DNA of 64,000 nucleotides, from NCBI GenBank assembly GCA_022813865.1, contig JALDZX010000014.1:310001-374000 (forward strand), given 5' to 3'. Numbering within the stretch: position 1 is the first letter of the stretch; each line of letters starts with the position of its first letter. A program made the translations under genes and the position numbers. Below, piece after piece: positions 61,528-64,000 of the stretch. This DNA is from Xylographa opegraphella. Taxonomy: Eukaryota. Under the pieces are notes generated by a model. It worked only from the letters and a program-made list of their open reading frames with translations, was not told the origin of the DNA and made no database searches.

Positions 61528-63107
61528 ATGGCTCTACGTATTTCTGCCAGGCGTATTTGCACCGCCAGCAATTCCATTGTACTGTCTGCAACAAGGACCC
61601 CCGCATCGAAGCGCAATGCCACCGCGATGGCAGTACCCACATCGAGTAGCCCTGAGAGCATTGGCCACAACATATTCGTATGGCAGGCCTCAATAAATCT
61701 TCTGTCTCCGTCTCTCTAACCGCTTGTTAGAAAGAAGCCTCGCTCGCCAACCCAGACCCGTCCGCCGATTCTTCAACCGCCGCTTTGGTCAATCGCTACT
61801 CGCCATATATGGTAGCCACCTATGTGCGGCCACAGCCCGTAATGGTAAAAGGGGAGGGGTGTTATATCTGGGATATGGAGAACAGAAGATATCTTGACTT
61901 CACAGCAGGCATTGCCGTCAACGCGCTTGGGCACTGTGATCCGGAAATGGCCAAGCTAATCGGCCAGCAGGTGAGTCTTCTCCTTGCGCTTTGAAGGCGC
62001 AGCTGTTTGACCCGCTCGTAGGCTCGTACCTTAGTTCATGCTTCGAACCTCTATCACAACGCTTGGACAGGGGAACTGTCCAAACTGCTGGTAACCAAAA
62101 CTCGAGAATCGGGGGCCATGAAGGATGCTGCAAAAGTCTTTGTCTGCAACTCGGGTAGTGAGGCCAATGAAGCAGCAATTAAGTTCGCACGGAAGGTTGG
62201 CAAAGTGCGGGACCCCTCTGGCGAAAAGTTCGAGCTGGTTTCTTTCCAAAACTCGTTTCACGGTCGCACGCTTGGCTCGCTTTCCGCAACCCCAAACCCA
62301 AAATACCAAAAACCATTTGCCCCTATGATACCGGGCTTCAAGTACGGATTATACAACGACGAGGCAGCTCTGAAAGGTCTCATAACCGAAAAGACTTGTG
62401 GAGTTATTGTGGAACCCATTCAAGGTGAAGGTGGTGTCATGGTCGCCAACTCGTCATTCTTGCAAGCTCTACGTGATCGATGTAATGAGGTTGGCGCCGT
62501 CTTGGTATATGATGAAATACAGTGCGGACTGTCTCGAACAGGGTCTTTCTGGGCACACGGCTTATTGCCAGCTTCAGCACATCCGGATATCCTCACAACG
62601 GCGAAAGCATTAGGTAATGGTTTTCCAATAGGGGCTACTATGGTCACGGAAGAAATTGCTCAATGTATTGTGACTGGTGACCACGGTACAACTTTCGGTG
62701 GCAATCCTTTAGGCTGCCGACTGGCCCACTATATTGTATCTCGTCTGTCAGAGTCTCAGCTGCAGCAAGAAGTCCTCGAGAAGGAAAAGATTTTTCGTAA
62801 AGGCTTCAAAAAGCTGCAGGTCATGTATCCAGATCTCATAACAGAAGTACGAGGACGTGGCCTTATACTGGGAGTCCAATTAACACAAGATCCGACACCA
62901 ATAATCACGGCGGCCCGTGAGCGAGGCTTGTTGGTAATCACTGCAGGAACTAACACGTTGAGGTTCGTACCTCCCCTGATAGTCACTGAAGACGAGATAG
63001 AGGAAGGCCTCAATATTCTCGGCGAGGCGATGAAAGCTGTGATGGTAGCACCTGATGCTATTAGTGGTACAAAAGGTCAACAAGAAATGGCCCCTCCTGG
63101 GCGATGA
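61528..63107 (+). CDS. ARG8: Mitochondrial acetylornithine aminotransferase
   Basis: Arg/Ser-rich presequence; YLDFTAGIAVNALGH, NSGSEANEAAIK, FHGRT, EPIQGEGG, DEIQCG, AKALGNGFP, HGTTFGGNPL; two introns. Confidence 0.96.
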
Positions 63108-63322
63108 GGGTTTGCATTTCAAGTTCATTAGCCATGTAAAGAGATATACCGGCTACGATCTCGGTTGTCTCATCATGTGTCAATCGGCCTTATTTGCAAT
63201 TCTCTCAAATGTGGCAACGACGCTACGGAATCCGCCCACGCGCTGTGAATGCTCTCTCAAATTTTAGTACCTCCACAGTACAGTAAGGTAAGCTTCAAAC
63301 GTCGGCCATCAGACAAGCAATC

Positions 63323-64000
63323 ATGAGAAAGGGAAAAAATGCCGGTCGTTCCTGCCCAGTACAACCGCCTAGTTGGACACTTGGACTTCTCAATCCATTC
63401 AAGGCGATAGAACATCACCAGTCTACACATGAGCTGGAAGCTCATGCACAAAGAAACCTCAACACATCGAATGAGCCTCTATATGCCCAGCAGCCTTCGC
63501 AGCTACCAATCACAGCATCAAGCGTCTCACTACGCCAAACGGATAAGACCTCGAGTTACTTTCCTTCTGCTAGGGCGTTCAGTGATCATACTCAAAGCTG
63601 CAATGCTACTCTTCATGATTCGCCTATGATTGAAGACAAAAAGCCGTCCTTCCATTGGACGCTTTCCGGCAATGCCAGTGAACGACGAACCATACCCATA
63701 ACAGTCCATGACAACGCCTTTCACAGTCAATTCGAAACGGTCCGAAAGTCGACTGATAGCAGTTCTCTCTACAACACTATGACTATTGCCGAATACCTGA
63801 GTTACAATGAAGGTGGTCCACTACTCCATGGAACAATATACTCTCATGTTGATTCGAGCTTAAAATTAGAGCCTTCTATGAGAGTCCCCGGCTGTTTTCC
63901 AGGCAGTCCTCTGGTTCAGCCGTCAGCCGACGAGCTTGACTTTTTAGAACTTCGCCGAAAAGTCAATACCTGGTTGGAGATTTCCCGACTTCGTAATGGC
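63323..64000 (+). CDS. Hypothetical protein, 5' part only (runs off the window)
   Basis: Frame open for 226 codons from ATG 63323 (MRKGKNAGRS...LELRRKVNTWLEISRLRNG) to the window end; absent from the ORF track because it has no stop. Confidence 0.55.
   Translation, partial: MRKGKNAGRSCPVQPPSWTLGLLNPFKAIEHHQSTHELEAHAQRNLNTSNEPLYAQQPSQLPITASSVSLRQTDKTSSYFPSARAFSDHTQSCNATLHDSPMIEDKKPSFHWTLSGNASERRTIPITVHDNAFHSQFETVRKSTDSSSLYNTMTIAEYLSYNEGGPLLHGTIYSHVDSSLKLEPSMRVPGCFPGSPLVQPSADELDFLELRRKVNTWLEISRLRNG

Noticed and set aside
1..64000. Transposons, CRISPR arrays, rRNA/tRNA genes, secondary-metabolite backbone genes
   Set aside because: No transposase/RT motifs, terminal repeats, spaced direct repeats, cloverleafs or PKS/NRPS domains were recognised by eye; a tRNAscan/Infernal run is needed to exclude small RNAs.

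Overview
Gene-dense eukaryotic DNA from a filamentous ascomycete (Pezizomycotina; finer taxon not determinable here), with short GT-AG introns carrying CTRAY branch sites. About 25 protein-coding loci were found and no rRNA, tRNA, CRISPR or intact transposon was recognised. A housekeeping block (KH RNA-binding protein, LeuRS, RPS6, HbrB/Bit61, GON7, VAM6, HSL-like lipase, RXT3) is followed by a more accessory block (small Cys-rich protein, hypotheticals, BLOC-1 subunit, P450, BTN1, linoleate diol synthase, peroxisomal ABCD transporter, fasciclin pseudogene, CBM1-GH5 cellulase), then TRP5-SDH8-ARG8. Best leads: (1) a PpoA-type linoleate diol synthase ending in a canonical PTS1 (-KSRL) directly downstream of a peroxisomal fatty-acid ABC transporter gene, suggesting a peroxisomal oxylipin module; (2) a 3-exon, ~82-aa gene missed by the ORF track, with a ubiquitin-like LGLRGG|G site followed by a Cys-rich tail; (3) sharp GC3-rich islands with C-rich to G-rich skew switches inside genes. 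Exon boundaries were read by eye and product calls come from motif recognition, not database searches.
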